The notes under the pieces: generated by a model
Seen by the model: the letters and a program-made list of their open reading frames with translations, nothing else
Told to the model about the DNA's origin: nothing
The model's database searches: none
Translations under genes and position numbers: made by a program
NCBI RefSeq assembly: GCF_025021925.1
Contig: NZ_CP092368.1
Span: 180,001-212,000 of the forward strand
Length of the DNA stretch: 32,000 nucleotides
Direction of reading: 5' to 3'
Source of the DNA: Candidatus Saccharimonadota bacterium
GTDB taxonomy: Bacteria > Pseudomonadota > Alphaproteobacteria > Rickettsiales > Anaplasmataceae
Shown: one piece after another, positions 1 through 10,241 of the stretch
How positions within the stretch are numbered: position 1 is the first letter of the stretch
Layout of the letters: each line of letters begins with the position of its first letter

Positions 1-35
1 TTTAATTGTATTGTAAATAATGACATGAGGTTAAG

Positions 36-308
36 ATGACAATAACATCTGAGGTAAAACAGAAGATTATAATAAGATACGCAATTAAAAAAGATGATAC
101 AGGTTCCTCTTTTGTACAATGCGCAATTCTTACTGAGAGAATTCATTGCCTCACTGAACATTTTAAGAAACATAAGCATGATAATAATTCAAAGCGTGGA
201 TTACTGATCTTAATAGGCAGAAGACGTAGACATTTAAATTATATAAAACTTAAATTTGGTGATGAGACTTATAGAGAATTAATAAGAAAATTGGGCATTA
301 GAAAATAA
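36..308 (+). CDS. rpsO: 30S ribosomal protein S15
   Basis: 90-aa ORF with an S15-like core ([25 protein letters not shown]). GAGG lies 5 nt upstream of the ATG. It sits directly before pnp, the usual rpsO-pnp order. Confidence 0.95.
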   Translation: MTITSEVKQKIIIRYAIKKDDTGSSFVQCAILTERIHCLTEHFKKHKHDNNSKRGLLILIGRRRRHLNYIKLKFGDETYRELIRKLGIRK

Positions 309-315
309 TTGAGAA

Positions 316-330
316 ACCTAAAGTTTAGGT
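316..330 (+). promoter_or_regulatory. rpsO-pnp intercistronic hairpin (ACCTAA-agt-TTAGGT), a possible attenuator or processing site
   Basis: Inverted repeat ACCTAAAgTTTAGGT seen between the rpsO stop (308) and the pnp ATG (360). No U-tract follows. The analogy to the E. coli rpsO-pnp leader structure is inference. Confidence 0.3.
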
Positions 331-359
331 ATTACAAAATAATAATTGAGGCATATAAT

Positions 360-2612
360 ATGTTTAAAATCATCAAAAAATCTATCGAATGGGGTAATAA
401 CACATTAACTTTAGAAACTGGAAAAATAGCAAGATATGCAGATAGTGCAATAGTTGTAAGTTATGGCAATACATCAATATTAGTAACAATTGTCAGTAAA
501 AAGAGAGAAGAAACCGTAGATTTCTTACCTCTCACTGTGCAGTTTATTGCAAAAAGCTACGCAGTAGGTAAAATTCCTGGTGGATTTTTTAAAAGAGAAG
601 GTAAGCCTTCTGAAAGAGAGACTTTAATTTCAAGATTAGTTGATAGAAGTATTAGACCTCTCTTTCCAGAGGGTTTCTATCGTGATATTAGTGTAATTTG
701 CCACTTACTGACTTATGATTCAGTGACTCCTCCTGAAGTACCAGCATTAATTGGTACTATGGCAGCTATTGCAATTTCCGGACTTCCTGTTCGCGATGTA
801 ATAGCTGGTGTAGCAGTCGGACGTAATATGGATCGTAATTATATACTGAATCCTTCTGTACAAGAATTAAAAATAAGTGACTTAGAGTTATTTTTATCTG
901 GTGATGAACATTCCGTATATATGATTGAATCAGAATCTCAAGAATTATCTGAAGAAATACTAATTGATGCAATTAAATTTGGGCATCAACAGATTAAATC
1001 TATTACTAAATTTATCATAGAATTTGCTAGTCAAGTAAAAAATAAATCAGATCATTACTCTACTCCTAGTATATTAGAGATAGATCAATATGTAGAAAAA
1101 TATAATGCAGACTTTGAAGCAGCATATTATTCAAATTTAAATAAATATGAGCGTCTCAATATGTTAGAAGAAATTAGAAATAACATATTAAATATCCTTA
1201 ATAACAAACTTAAAGATGATAAGTTGGTAAAATATGCGTCAAGATGCATTGAAAGATCTGCAATACGTCAACTTATTAAAAGAAAGGGCATGAGAATAGA
1301 TGGGCGTCAATATAATGAAATACGACAGATAGAAATTGAAATTAATACTTTATCTAGTACTCACGGCTCTGCACTTTTTACTAGGGGTCATACCCAAGCA
1401 TTAGTGATCACTACTCTTGGCACTACACAAGATGAACAGATTATAGATGATATCGAAGGTGATAGACGTGAGCATTTTATGCTACATTATAATTTCCCTG
1501 CATTTGCAGTAGGAGAAATTTCTACTCCACGTGCTCCTGGAAGAAGAGAGATTGGACATGGTAAACTAGCATGGAAAGCAATAAATCCTATTTTACCTGA
1601 TAAATCTCAATTTCCTTATACTATAAGAGTAGTATCAGAGATACTAGAATCTGATGGCTCATCTTCTATGGCTACAGTATGTGGTACTTCTCTTGCACTT
1701 ATGGATACAGGTGTACCAATAAAAGCACCTGTTTCTGGTATTGCAATGGGTTTGATAAAAGATCAAGAAGGATATATTATTCTCTCTGATATATTAGGTG
1801 ATGAAGATTATCTAGGGGATATGGATTGTAAGGTAGCAGGTACGCATACAGGGATTACAGTAATTCAAATGGATACAAAAAGTACTGGTATTAACTGCGA
1901 AATTATCAGTCAAGTATTAGAGCAAGCACGAGATGGTAGATTACATATTTTAACAAAAATGAATTCAGTAATTTCAGAACATAGCTCAAATATAAAAGAT
2001 CATGCACCAAAGATGATAGTATTTTATATAGATAAAGAGAAAATAGCTTCTGCTATTGGATCTAAAGGCAAAAATATTCGCAGTATATGTGAAAAAAGTA
2101 ACACAAAAATTGAAATAGGAGATGATGGTAAAGTATCTATTTTTGCTGTAAGCAGTATAGCGGCTGAAACTGCAAAAGATTTGATGTTGATTTCAACAAC
2201 AGACATAGAACAAGGTTCTATAGTAGAAGCCAAAGTAATAAAAATAGATAAATCTATTGTTGAACTTGAACTTATCAATGGAAGAAGAGGAAAAATGCAT
2301 ATTAGTGAGGTAGCAAATCAGCACATAGATTCTATAGAAAGTATTTTAAAACAGAGTGATACTTTTAAAGCATTAGTCATTGATTTTGAAAAAGGAGGAT
2401 GTCCAAAACTCTCCAGACGTAGAGTGAATCAAGAAACGGGAGAGTTTTTTGCAGGTGAACTCTATAATGTAGATAGAAAAAATCACCTTTCTGATAATAA
2501 TGATAATAATTATCGTTCTAGATCTAATAGGACGCGTGCTAATTTTAGTAGTAAAAATAATAGAACAAAATCATCTAGTAGCGATAATTCTTCATCATCA
2601 GGATTTTACTAA
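360..2612 (+). CDS. pnp: polyribonucleotide nucleotidyltransferase (PNPase)
   Basis: The ORF spans 309-2612, but the conserved PNPase N-terminus begins at ATG 360 (MFKIIKKSIEWGNNTLTLETGKIAR). PNPase-type blocks are present: DFLPLTV, FFKREGKPSERETLISRLVDRSIRPLFPEGF, a second RNase-PH region (REIGHGKLA, SSSMA.VCG), then KH and S1 regions. The C-terminus is a low-complexity N/S/R tail. Confidence 0.95.
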   Translation: MFKIIKKSIEWGNNTLTLETGKIARYADSAIVVSYGNTSILVTIVSKKREETVDFLPLTVQFIAKSYAVGKIPGGFFKREGKPSERETLISRLVDRSIRPLFPEGFYRDISVICHLLTYDSVTPPEVPALIGTMAAIAISGLPVRDVIAGVAVGRNMDRNYILNPSVQELKISDLELFLSGDEHSVYMIESESQELSEEILIDAIKFGHQQIKSITKFIIEFASQVKNKSDHYSTPSILEIDQYVEKYNADFEAAYYSNLNKYERLNMLEEIRNNILNILNNKLKDDKLVKYASRCIERSAIRQLIKRKGMRIDGRQYNEIRQIEIEINTLSSTHGSALFTRGHTQALVITTLGTTQDEQIIDDIEGDRREHFMLHYNFPAFAVGEISTPRAPGRREIGHGKLAWKAINPILPDKSQFPYTIRVVSEILESDGSSSMATVCGTSLALMDTGVPIKAPVSGIAMGLIKDQEGYIILSDILGDEDYLGDMDCKVAGTHTGITVIQMDTKSTGINCEIISQVLEQARDGRLHILTKMNSVISEHSSNIKDHAPKMIVFYIDKEKIASAIGSKGKNIRSICEKSNTKIEIGDDGKVSIFAVSSIAAETAKDLMLISTTDIEQGSIVEAKVIKIDKSIVELELINGRRGKMHISEVANQHIDSIESILKQSDTFKALVIDFEKGGCPKLSRRRVNQETGEFFAGELYNVDRKNHLSDNNDNNYRSRSNRTRANFSSKNNRTKSSSSDNSSSSGFY

Positions 2613-2630
2613 AATGATTGGCGAAAATGA

Positions 2631-3308
2631 TCAAATATAAGAACAGCAATCTTTAAAATCATTTACGGTCTTAATAATATCTTGAGAGAGGAATATTGCA
2701 GATCCTATGACTAAAGTATCTGCTCCTGCCTTGATAATATCTCTCGCATTAGTAAGATTAATACCACCATCTACTGCAATTTGTGTGTTGAGACCGTAAT
2801 ATTGTATCATTTTTCTGATATTAGTTATTTTATGTAAGTGCGAAGAAATGATTTTCTGTCCACTAAAGCCTGGATTAACAGACATGATCAGTATAACATC
2901 TAGTTCATGTATTATATACTCTAAGACGCTAGGTGGAGTAGAAGGAACAATTGATACTCCTACCTGAATTCTTTTATTATTAATTTTATATGCTTTGATT
3001 GTTTGAATCACTCTTTCAAGATGGATCTCTGCTTCTGCATGTATAGTGATAATATCAGATCCAGCATATACAAAGCTTTCGATATAATGACTAGGAGATT
3101 TAATCATTAAGTGTACATCAAAAGGTAGATGACTATATTTTCGAATTGAAGATATCACATTTGGTCCAATTGTAATATTGGGCACAAAATGACCATCCAT
3201 CACATCTATATGTATATAATCTATATTCAGAGTACTAATTTTTTTTATTTCTTCTCCTAATTTTGCAAAGTCTGCTGAGAGTATAGAGAGAGAGATTTTA
3301 ACATTCAT
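2631..3308 (-). CDS. rpe: ribulose-phosphate 3-epimerase
   Basis: 225-aa ORF with Rpe-type motifs: SILSADF, HIDVMDGHFVPN, DVHLM, SVNPGFSGQK, VDGGIN. Confidence 0.9.
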   Translation of the reverse strand: MNVKISLSILSADFAKLGEEIKKISTLNIDYIHIDVMDGHFVPNITIGPNVISSIRKYSHLPFDVHLMIKSPSHYIESFVYAGSDIITIHAEAEIHLERVIQTIKAYKINNKRIQVGVSIVPSTPPSVLEYIIHELDVILIMSVNPGFSGQKIISSHLHKITNIRKMIQYYGLNTQIAVDGGINLTNARDIIKAGADTLVIGSAIFLSQDIIKTVNDFKDCCSYI

Positions 3309-3494
3309 TTACTACCTATAAATGGAATATATAATTAATAGAAATATTGTATACTATTAATATCTCGCATTATCAATATCTGTATCTCTTTAAAATAAAA
3401 ATACTGATAAAAATAACAGTAATATTAAGTATTATTCATCATATAATAAAAAACCTTGACTTTACAGATTTGAAGAATCATTTATATATTTTGG

Positions 3495-3568
3495 GTGCCC
3501 GTAGCTCAGCTGGATAGAGCAACAGCCTTCTAAGCTGTAAGTCGTAGGTTCAAATCCTACCGGGCACA
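3495..3568 (+). tRNA. tRNA-Arg (anticodon TCT)
   Basis: Hand-folded 74-nt cloverleaf. Acceptor GTGCCCG/CGGGCAC, D arm GCTC-AGCTGGATA-GAGC, anticodon stem ACAGC/GCTGT with loop CT-TCT-AA, T arm GTAGG-TTCAAAT-CCTAC, discriminator A. CCA is not encoded. Confidence 0.95.
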
Positions 3569-3840
3569 CTTATGTATTACGCTTATAGAGAGTTTTTCTA
3601 CATACTAACACAAATTCTTTCTACTGAAATACTGAATTATCATTATATTATTACAAAAGTACTAGGATGTTGTTATATACTATCATTCAAGATCGTTATC
3701 ATTCATTAACAATCATCATTGATCTATATTATAAAAATATAAATATAAAAAACATAAACTTCTGTTGGACGCACTATCTGTATCATGATATATATACAAC
3801 ATAACAGGACGGTAAGAGATAGAGGAGAATACCATATAAT

Positions 3841-4209
3841 ATGAATAACATTCTCTATGATACTAGTAATATCTTTTTTCAAATCTTGAAAGGAAACCTA
3901 CCCTGTAGAAATATTTATGAAGATGAGTTTGTCTTGGGTTTTTATGATAAGTATCCTGATGCACCAATACATATTTTGGCCATACCAAAAAATCAATATA
4001 TTTCTTATGATGATTTTATTGTAAAAGCTGAATCAGTAGAAATAATCAATTTTTTTAAAGCTGTCAGAATAATCACTCGCGCGTTTAATTTGGATAAAAC
4101 AGGATATAGATTAGTAACAAATCATGGTCATCATGGAGAACAAGTTGTACCGCATTTTCATATACATATTTTGGGTGGTAAAAAATTAGGAAAACATGTT
4201 AATATATAA
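3841..4209 (+). CDS. HIT-family (histidine triad) nucleotide hydrolase
   Basis: 122-aa ORF with the histidine-triad motif HFHIHILGG near the C-terminus. It ends 24 nt before nuoA on the same strand. Confidence 0.85.
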   Translation: MNNILYDTSNIFFQILKGNLPCRNIYEDEFVLGFYDKYPDAPIHILAIPKNQYISYDDFIVKAESVEIINFFKAVRIITRAFNLDKTGYRLVTNHGHHGEQVVPHFHIHILGGKKLGKHVNI

Positions 4210-4233
4210 CTTATTTTATACATTTTTTATTAT

Positions 4234-4584
4234 ATGACAGAATATCTTGCTATCATTATTTACATTTGTATTGCAATCATAATATCTGTCACTTTATGTG
4301 TTTTACCTATATTGCTCGTTAGAAATAAGCCAAGTTTTGATAAACAATCTACATATGAATGTGGATTTAATACTTTATCCAGTGCAAGAAAAAACTTCGA
4401 TATTAAGTTCTATTTAGTATCAATATTATTTATTATCTTTGATATTGAGATTATTTTTCTTTTTCCTTGGGCTATTTCTCTATCTAAGATACACTATACT
4501 GGATTTTGGTCTATGATAGTATTTCTTGCTATATTGACTATAGGCTTTATCTATGAATGGTGTAAAGGAGCATTAACATGGTAG
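4234..4584 (+). CDS. nuoA: NADH-quinone oxidoreductase subunit A
   Basis: 116-aa three-helix membrane protein containing the YECGF motif. It ends 3 nt before nuoB. Confidence 0.9.
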   Translation: MTEYLAIIIYICIAIIISVTLCVLPILLVRNKPSFDKQSTYECGFNTLSSARKNFDIKFYLVSILFIIFDIEIIFLFPWAISLSKIHYTGFWSMIVFLAILTIGFIYEWCKGALTW

Positions 4585-4587
4585 GGA

Positions 4588-5121
4588 ATGAATATTAAAC
4601 TTAACGATAAGTTGTCAAATCAAGAAGACTATGGAAATTACAAAAAAGACGGCTTTCTTTTTTGTAAGTTTGGTCATTTAACAGATTATATTATAAAATG
4701 GGCAAGAGCTGGTTCACTCTGGCCTATGACTTTTGGCCTTGCATGTTGTGCAGTAGAAATGATGCACACTGCTTCTAGTCGTTATGATTTGGATCGATAT
4801 GGTATTATGTTTCGAGCAAGTCCAAGACAAGCAGATGTAATGATTGTTGCAGGTACATTGACTAATAAAATGGCTGCTGCATTACGTAAAGTATATGATC
4901 AAATGGCAGAGCCAAAATATGTGATCTCTATGGGTAGCTGTGCAAATGGTGGTGGTTATTATCATTATTCCTATTCAGTAGTACGTGGATGTGATAGAAT
5001 TGTTCCAGTTGATATATATATTCCTGGTTGTCCTCCTACTGCTGAAGCATTATTACATGGTCTGTTATGTCTACAAAATAAAATAAAATGTTCTAATACT
5101 ATAGGTACTTTCCATGCATAG
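4588..5121 (+). CDS. nuoB: NADH-quinone oxidoreductase subunit B
   Basis: 177 aa with the N2 cluster ligand motifs: [25 protein letters not shown]. Confidence 0.95.
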   Translation: MNIKLNDKLSNQEDYGNYKKDGFLFCKFGHLTDYIIKWARAGSLWPMTFGLACCAVEMMHTASSRYDLDRYGIMFRASPRQADVMIVAGTLTNKMAAALRKVYDQMAEPKYVISMGSCANGGGYYHYSYSVVRGCDRIVPVDIYIPGCPPTAEALLHGLLCLQNKIKCSNTIGTFHA

Positions 5122-5704
5122 TATGGTACATTATATACAAAAAAACACTAGATGTACTTGTATACACTCGTATGATAGTACTATTGTCATGTATTCATTA
5201 TTGAGTGATCTAAAAACACACTTACTATTTTTACGAGATGATCAAAACTGTAGATATGAAGTACTCATTGATATTTTTGGAGTTGATTATCCAAATAGAG
5301 ATCAACGTTTTGAAATAATATATAATTTACTCAGTATTGTACATAACATGAGGATACATGTAAAATGTAAATTATATGAAGGGGAATTACCTATCAGCAT
5401 AGGTACTATATTTAGCACAGCATCTTGGTTTGAGAGAGAGATTTTTGATATGTATGGAATAGCATTCTCAGAACATAAAGATCTTAGAAGAATTCTCACG
5501 GACTATGGTTTTCATGGCAATCCAATGTTGAAGGATTTTCCTATAACTGGTACTCAAGAAGTAATATATAATGAAGAAAAAAGAAAAGTTGTATATCAAG
5601 CTATAGACTTACCACAAGATTTTCGTAGATTCGACACTCTATCTCCTTGGGAAGGGCAAGTACATAACATAAATATAGAGGAGAAAAAAAGTGACAATAT
5701 ATAA
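5114..5704 (+). CDS. nuoC: NADH-quinone oxidoreductase subunit C
   Basis: 196 aa with the NuoC block [31 protein letters not shown]. The start overlaps the nuoB stop (ATGCATAG). An alternative ATG at 5123 is possible. Confidence 0.9.
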   Translation: MHSMVHYIQKNTRCTCIHSYDSTIVMYSLLSDLKTHLLFLRDDQNCRYEVLIDIFGVDYPNRDQRFEIIYNLLSIVHNMRIHVKCKLYEGELPISIGTIFSTASWFEREIFDMYGIAFSEHKDLRRILTDYGFHGNPMLKDFPITGTQEVIYNEEKRKVVYQAIDLPQDFRRFDTLSPWEGQVHNINIEEKKSDNI

Positions 5705-6641
5705 AAAAAAAATATCTATCATAGGTGCAGGCAATATAGGTGGCACTCTAGCATATCTGATTATGTTAAAGAATCTTGGAGATGTGATTTTACTTGATAT
5801 TAGAGAAAACATAGCGCAAGGTAAAGCGCTTGACATATCAGAGACAGCACCTATTGAGAGATTTTATAATAACATTATTGGTACAAAACATTATAAAGAA
5901 ATAGAAAACTCTGATGTCATAATTATCACCGCTGGCATTACTAGACAGTCTAATATGAATAGAGAAGATCTTATCAAAATAAATATTAAAGTAATACAGG
6001 AAGTTAGCATCAATATTAAAAAATACTCGCCAAATGCATTTATAATAGTAGTTACTAATCCTTTAGATGTCATGGTCTCAGCAGTACATAAATATGCACA
6101 GATTCCAGACAATATGATTGTCGGAATGGCTGGAGTGCTTGATTCTGCACGTTTTCGCTATTTTCTTGCAATTGCACTCAAGATGTCTGTTGCAGATATT
6201 TGTGCATTTGTACTTGGAGGCCATAATGATACTATGGTACCTCTCATCAGATATACATCTATTGCTGGTATTCCTCTTACTCATATGCTTCAAATAGGGC
6301 TTATTACTCAAAATCAAATAGATGAAATAATACATCGTACTCGTAATGGAGGAAAAGAAATCATAGATTTTCTGCAAAATGGCTCTGCGTATTTTGCTCC
6401 TACATCTTCTATTATATCTATCTTACAATCATTCTTATATAATGAAAGACGCATATTGCCATGTGCAGCTTATCTAAATGGTGAATATGGGATCACAGGA
6501 TTATTTATAGGTGTGCCTACTATTATTGGTAATAATGGCATTGAAAGGATTATAGAAGTTCAAATGAATGATAGTGAATATATCATGTTTAATAAATCTA
6601 TAAATTCTGTGAAGAATTTAATGAGTTTAATAGATCTTTAA
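5691..6641 (+). CDS. mdh: malate dehydrogenase (LDH-like type)
   Basis: 316 aa. N-terminal Rossmann motif [15 protein letters not shown], plus ITAGI.R and TNPLDVM. GTG start preceded by GAGGAG (5679-5684). Overlaps the end of nuoC by 14 nt. Confidence 0.9.
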   Translation: MTIYKKKISIIGAGNIGGTLAYLIMLKNLGDVILLDIRENIAQGKALDISETAPIERFYNNIIGTKHYKEIENSDVIIITAGITRQSNMNREDLIKINIKVIQEVSINIKKYSPNAFIIVVTNPLDVMVSAVHKYAQIPDNMIVGMAGVLDSARFRYFLAIALKMSVADICAFVLGGHNDTMVPLIRYTSIAGIPLTHMLQIGLITQNQIDEIIHRTRNGGKEIIDFLQNGSAYFAPTSSIISILQSFLYNERRILPCAAYLNGEYGITGLFIGVPTIIGNNGIERIIEVQMNDSEYIMFNKSINSVKNLMSLIDL

Positions 6642-6654
6642 AGAAGAGGGAGTG

Positions 6655-7443
6655 TCATGAGTTTTTTTGAACCATTACATTATTAAATAATCTAAAGAAA
6701 TTATTAGTTGTAATATCTGCAACATTCCAAAATGATTCCGACCATAATTCTGATATACATTCTATAATATATTTGAGCATATATGGCTCATTCTTTTGTC
6801 TTCTATAGGGATGAGGTGTCAGATAAGGGGTATCAGTTTCAATTAATACACGTTCACGAGGTATTAGTTTGAAAATTTGTCTTAATATACTAGCGTTTTT
6901 AAACGTAATAATACCAGAAAACGAAATATATAATCCTAAATCTAATAATTGATAAGCAAGTTTCTTAGAAGATGTAAAAGAATGTATCAACCCACTAAAT
7001 TCACCTTTATGCATTTCTGATTGCAATATTTTAATAGTGCTTTCATCTGCATTTCTAGTATGAATCACTAATGGTAAGTGCGATACTCGTGCTGCTTCTA
7101 TATGAGATAAGAAACTTTTTTCTTGATTATCTTTATTATTCGATTTTAAAAAATCTAATCCTGTTTCACCTATACTAATAACTTGTTGTATTTTACTAAG
7201 TTGTATTAGCTCACTATGTTGTATACAAATACCTTCTTCTATAGAAGAATCAAGTGGATGAATACCAATAGAAAAAAATACTTGCTTATATAATGAAGAG
7301 ATATCTACTAATCTAGGTATATCATCAAGCTTGACGCATATATTATGTAAAATCTTTATATCAGCTTGTGAAGCTCTCAATATGATATTTGAGATTTCAC
7401 TATCAGAAAAATCAGTTAAATGACAATGACTATCTATTATCAT
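6655..7443 (-). CDS. tatD: TatD-family metal-dependent hydrolase/DNase
   Basis: 262 aa, N-terminal DSHCHL, plus IGETGLD, HTR and ETD.PYL motifs typical of the TatD family. Confidence 0.85.
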   Translation of the reverse strand: MIIDSHCHLTDFSDSEISNIILRASQADIKILHNICVKLDDIPRLVDISSLYKQVFFSIGIHPLDSSIEEGICIQHSELIQLSKIQQVISIGETGLDFLKSNNKDNQEKSFLSHIEAARVSHLPLVIHTRNADESTIKILQSEMHKGEFSGLIHSFTSSKKLAYQLLDLGLYISFSGIITFKNASILRQIFKLIPRERVLIETDTPYLTPHPYRRQKNEPYMLKYIIECISELWSESFWNVADITTNNFFRLFNNVMVQKNS

Positions 7444-7484
7444 ACAATTTTTTTTGTAGATTGATTTTTTTAAAAAATAAAAAC

Positions 7485-7505
7485 TTCTATGATCAAATCA
7501 TAGAA
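7485..7505 (-). terminator. intrinsic-terminator-like hairpin on the minus strand, just upstream of the tatD start
   Basis: Perfect 9-bp stem TTCTATGAT-caa-ATCATAGAA. On the minus strand it is followed by GTTTTTATTTTTT (plus-strand 7472-7484). No annotated minus-strand gene lies upstream of it. Confidence 0.3.
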
Positions 7506-7682
7506 AAACTCTATGAGTATGCTATTCCATATCATGGATATACTTTGTCACAACAAATGAATGTTTTGATTACACATCATGATAATGATACATTATATAA
7601 TAAGAAAATCATATTATTATTAATATAATCATCAGAGAATCCGAGAATTCTGTTACATATTATAGTATATATTTGTTGTTAA

Positions 7683-7735
7683 AATTCATTATATAATGAA
7701 TCAAGTATATACTGAAATGTATACACAGTATATAC
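7683..7735. repeat. palindrome cluster upstream of rsfS
   Basis: Perfect 18-bp palindrome ATTCATTATATAATGAAT (7683-7700). Two exact copies of the self-complementary decamer AGTATATACT follow at 7703-7712 and 7726-7735, spaced 23 bp apart. Confidence 0.5.
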
Positions 7736-7777
7736 TTTTAGTATATTATAAAAAGACTCTTCACAGAATATAAAAAA

Positions 7778-8095
7778 ATGCTTATTGAAATAAGAGACAT
7801 CATAAGAGCTATTGAAACTATAATATCTCAAAATCAAGGGTATGATATAGTCAGTTTTGAAGTCACGCATAAAACTATTATTGCTCAATTTATGATTATT
7901 GCATCTGGTAATTCAATACGACATGTACAAGCTTTATCTGAATATATTATCACATATCTCAAGCAATATAGTAAAATAGAAGTTGAAGGTATAAATGGAG
8001 GGCATTGGATTGTCATGCATTCTCTAGATATTATGATTCATATTTTTAGATCAGAAGTACGAGACTTTTATAGAATAGAGGAACTATATTCTTAG
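7778..8095 (+). CDS. rsfS: ribosome silencing factor RsfS (Iojap family)
   Basis: 105 aa with the Iojap-like pattern: FMIIASGNS.RHVQALSEYI ... G.W.V.. .D...HIF....R..Y..EELY. Confidence 0.85.
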   Translation: MLIEIRDIIRAIETIISQNQGYDIVSFEVTHKTIIAQFMIIASGNSIRHVQALSEYIITYLKQYSKIEVEGINGGHWIVMHSLDIMIHIFRSEVRDFYRIEELYS

Positions 8096-8158
8096 AAATG
8101 TTATAATATAATTTTTTTTGAATATAATCATTATCAATATACACTTAAGATATATATT

Positions 8159-9415
8159 ATGCATAAAAATTCTGAGTTTTTAAACTTTTTACAAGAACGA
8201 GGATATCTATATCAGTGTACAAATCTTCATGGATTAAATAAATTATTACTGAACAATGAGTATATCATCTCTTATATTGGTTTTGATTGTACTGCTAGAA
8301 GTCTACATATAGGTAGCTTAATTCAGATTATGATCTTACGACATCTTCAGAAATTAGGTCATAAACCTATAGTGGTATTAGGAGGTTGTACAACAAGAAT
8401 AGGCGATCCTTCTTTTAGAATAAAAAAAAGAAGTATCTTGTCTATAGAAGAGATGCAAAAAAATATATCTAATATTAAAATGATATTAGAGAATATATTA
8501 TCATGTCATCATGAGCACAAAGTAGAGACATTAATAATAAATAATGCAGACTGGTTAGATAAAATCAAATACATAGATTTTCTCTTAAAAATCGGTGCTC
8601 ATTTTTCAATAAAACGTATGTTAGGTTTTGAGAGTATGAAAACTAGGCTTGATGTGCAACATAACCTAAGTTTTTTGGAATTTAATTATATGATATTACA
8701 AGCCTATGATTTTATTGAATTAAATAAACGATATGGATGCCGCGTACAGATCGGTGGATCAGATCAATGGGGAAATATTATTAACGGTATTGAATTAGGA
8801 AAAAAATTAAACCTACCTGAACTATTTGGAATCACTACTCCATTATTATTGAACTCTCAAGGATGTAAAATGGGAAAAACTGCAGGTGGTGCAATATGGC
8901 TAGATAGTAATATGTTATCTCCTAATCATTACTGGCAATATTTTCGTAATATTGATGATCAGCAAGTAGGTTATTTTTTAAAACTATTTACCGATTTACC
9001 TCTTAATGAAATTAAGAAGTTAGAAACCTTAAAAAGTCATGAAATTAATGAAGCAAAAAAGATTTTAGCAACAGAGGTCACAAAAATCTGTCATGGAGAT
9101 AAAGCATCAGAACATGCTTTATATCATGCAGTACATACTTTTGAAAAGCAAGAAGATATTTTATTGCCTACATTTGAAATCAATATGATGCAAGCATTGC
9201 ATGGACAATTATTGATTGATTTATTGTATATTACAGGACTCACTTCTTCAAAAACATCTGCAAAGAGAGTAATAGAGAATCATGGATGTAAAGTTAATGA
9301 CATCACCATCACTGATATTAAATATGTAATACATTTTAAATGCTTTAAAAAACAAAAAAGTATCAAATTATCTGTAGGAAAAAAAAATCATATTATAGTT
9401 GTTATTATCCAATAA
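8159..9415 (+). CDS. tyrS: tyrosine--tRNA ligase
   Basis: 418 aa. Class I signatures HIGS (YIGFDCTARSLHIGSL) and KMGKT, the QIGGSDQWGNI block, and a C-terminal S4-like domain. Confidence 0.95.
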   Translation: MHKNSEFLNFLQERGYLYQCTNLHGLNKLLLNNEYIISYIGFDCTARSLHIGSLIQIMILRHLQKLGHKPIVVLGGCTTRIGDPSFRIKKRSILSIEEMQKNISNIKMILENILSCHHEHKVETLIINNADWLDKIKYIDFLLKIGAHFSIKRMLGFESMKTRLDVQHNLSFLEFNYMILQAYDFIELNKRYGCRVQIGGSDQWGNIINGIELGKKLNLPELFGITTPLLLNSQGCKMGKTAGGAIWLDSNMLSPNHYWQYFRNIDDQQVGYFLKLFTDLPLNEIKKLETLKSHEINEAKKILATEVTKICHGDKASEHALYHAVHTFEKQEDILLPTFEINMMQALHGQLLIDLLYITGLTSSKTSAKRVIENHGCKVNDITITDIKYVIHFKCFKKQKSIKLSVGKKNHIIVVIIQ

Positions 9416-9662
9416 ATTATTTTCAAATATAAATAATAAAATATTGAGAAAGTATAATTGATTTAATAGGTTAAAAAACTCTTTTTACAAGATAAAGAAA
9501 AACTAAATTGTACATGTGAAGTTTATTGAACCAGTTGATATATATGCATAGTATCTTTAACTATAGATATTTTTAAGAAAAATCATTATCTGCTCTTGTC
9601 ATTAATTGACATAAGGGAATAAAATTTTTTAAACTGTATTTTTATATTATAATATCAAATGA

Positions 9663-10241
9663 ATGATAGATAATCTGAAAGGAATAGTTGAAGCAGTATA
9701 TAATAATCATATCATATTAAATGTTCATGATATTGGATATATAATACACTTTTCAGAAAAGACCTTAAAAAAATGTGAGACGGGTACGTCTCTAACATGT
9801 CTTATTGAGGTGTATATAAATAATAGAGATCATATGACGCAACTTTATGGATTTATTTCTCAAGAGGAACGACAATGTTTGCGTTTACTTGTCACAGTTA
9901 ATGGTGTGAGTTATAAGACTGCAATGTCAATTTTAAGTACATTAACTCCAAATCAGTTATTTACAGCAATTAGTATAGATAATAAAGCAGCATTAAAAAT
10001 ACATGGATTAGGTACAAAACTGATAAATAGAATTATGATTGATTTACGTGATAAGATATATAAATTAAAAATACAGTATCCTTTCTGTAGCGCAGTGCAT
10101 GAAGATGCAGTGTCAGCATTAATTAATCTTGGATATGATAAAACACAGGCTTTTCATATTATTGCACAATATGATTCTCACTTAGATACTAAAGAGATGA
10201 TTCGTATGGCACTCAAGGAGCTCTCAATATTATGCAATTAA
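9663..10241 (+). CDS. ruvA: Holliday junction branch migration complex subunit RuvA
   Basis: 192 aa with the RuvA N-terminus (MI..L.G.V) and an HhH region ([19 protein letters not shown]). Overlaps ruvB by 10 nt. Confidence 0.9.
   Translation: MIDNLKGIVEAVYNNHIILNVHDIGYIIHFSEKTLKKCETGTSLTCLIEVYINNRDHMTQLYGFISQEERQCLRLLVTVNGVSYKTAMSILSTLTPNQLFTAISIDNKAALKIHGLGTKLINRIMIDLRDKIYKLKIQYPFCSAVHEDAVSALINLGYDKTQAFHIIAQYDSHLDTKEMIRMALKELSILCN

Noticed and set aside
766-972. 68-aa minus-strand ORF inside pnp. The same class includes 2024-2278 (-), 5302-5499 (-), 5639-5836 (-), 5891-6112 (-), 6078-6377 (-), 12263-12475 (-), 15599-15877 (-), 16353-16595 (-), 20742-21023 (-) and 31226-31471 (+).
   Set aside because: All lie antisense to, and wholly or largely within, strongly supported conserved genes. 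Their products are low-complexity and show no recognisable motifs or ribosome-binding sites.
3456-3486. TTGACT -35-like hexamer 34 nt upstream of tRNA-Arg as a promoter. A similar case is TTGACA at 9606-9611 upstream of ruvA.
   Set aside because: No acceptable -10 lies at 16-18 nt spacing; the best candidates match 3 of 6 positions. They are too weak to report as features.
7389-7628. 79-aa plus-strand ORF starting inside tatD (antisense) and extending into the tatD-rsfS spacer. The overlapping 7679-7888 (-) ORF runs antisense into rsfS.
   Set aside because: No Shine-Dalgarno sequence and no recognisable domain. The start codon is buried in the opposite-strand coding region, and the composition is typical of translated AT-rich spacer. 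The spacer is better described by its palindromes.
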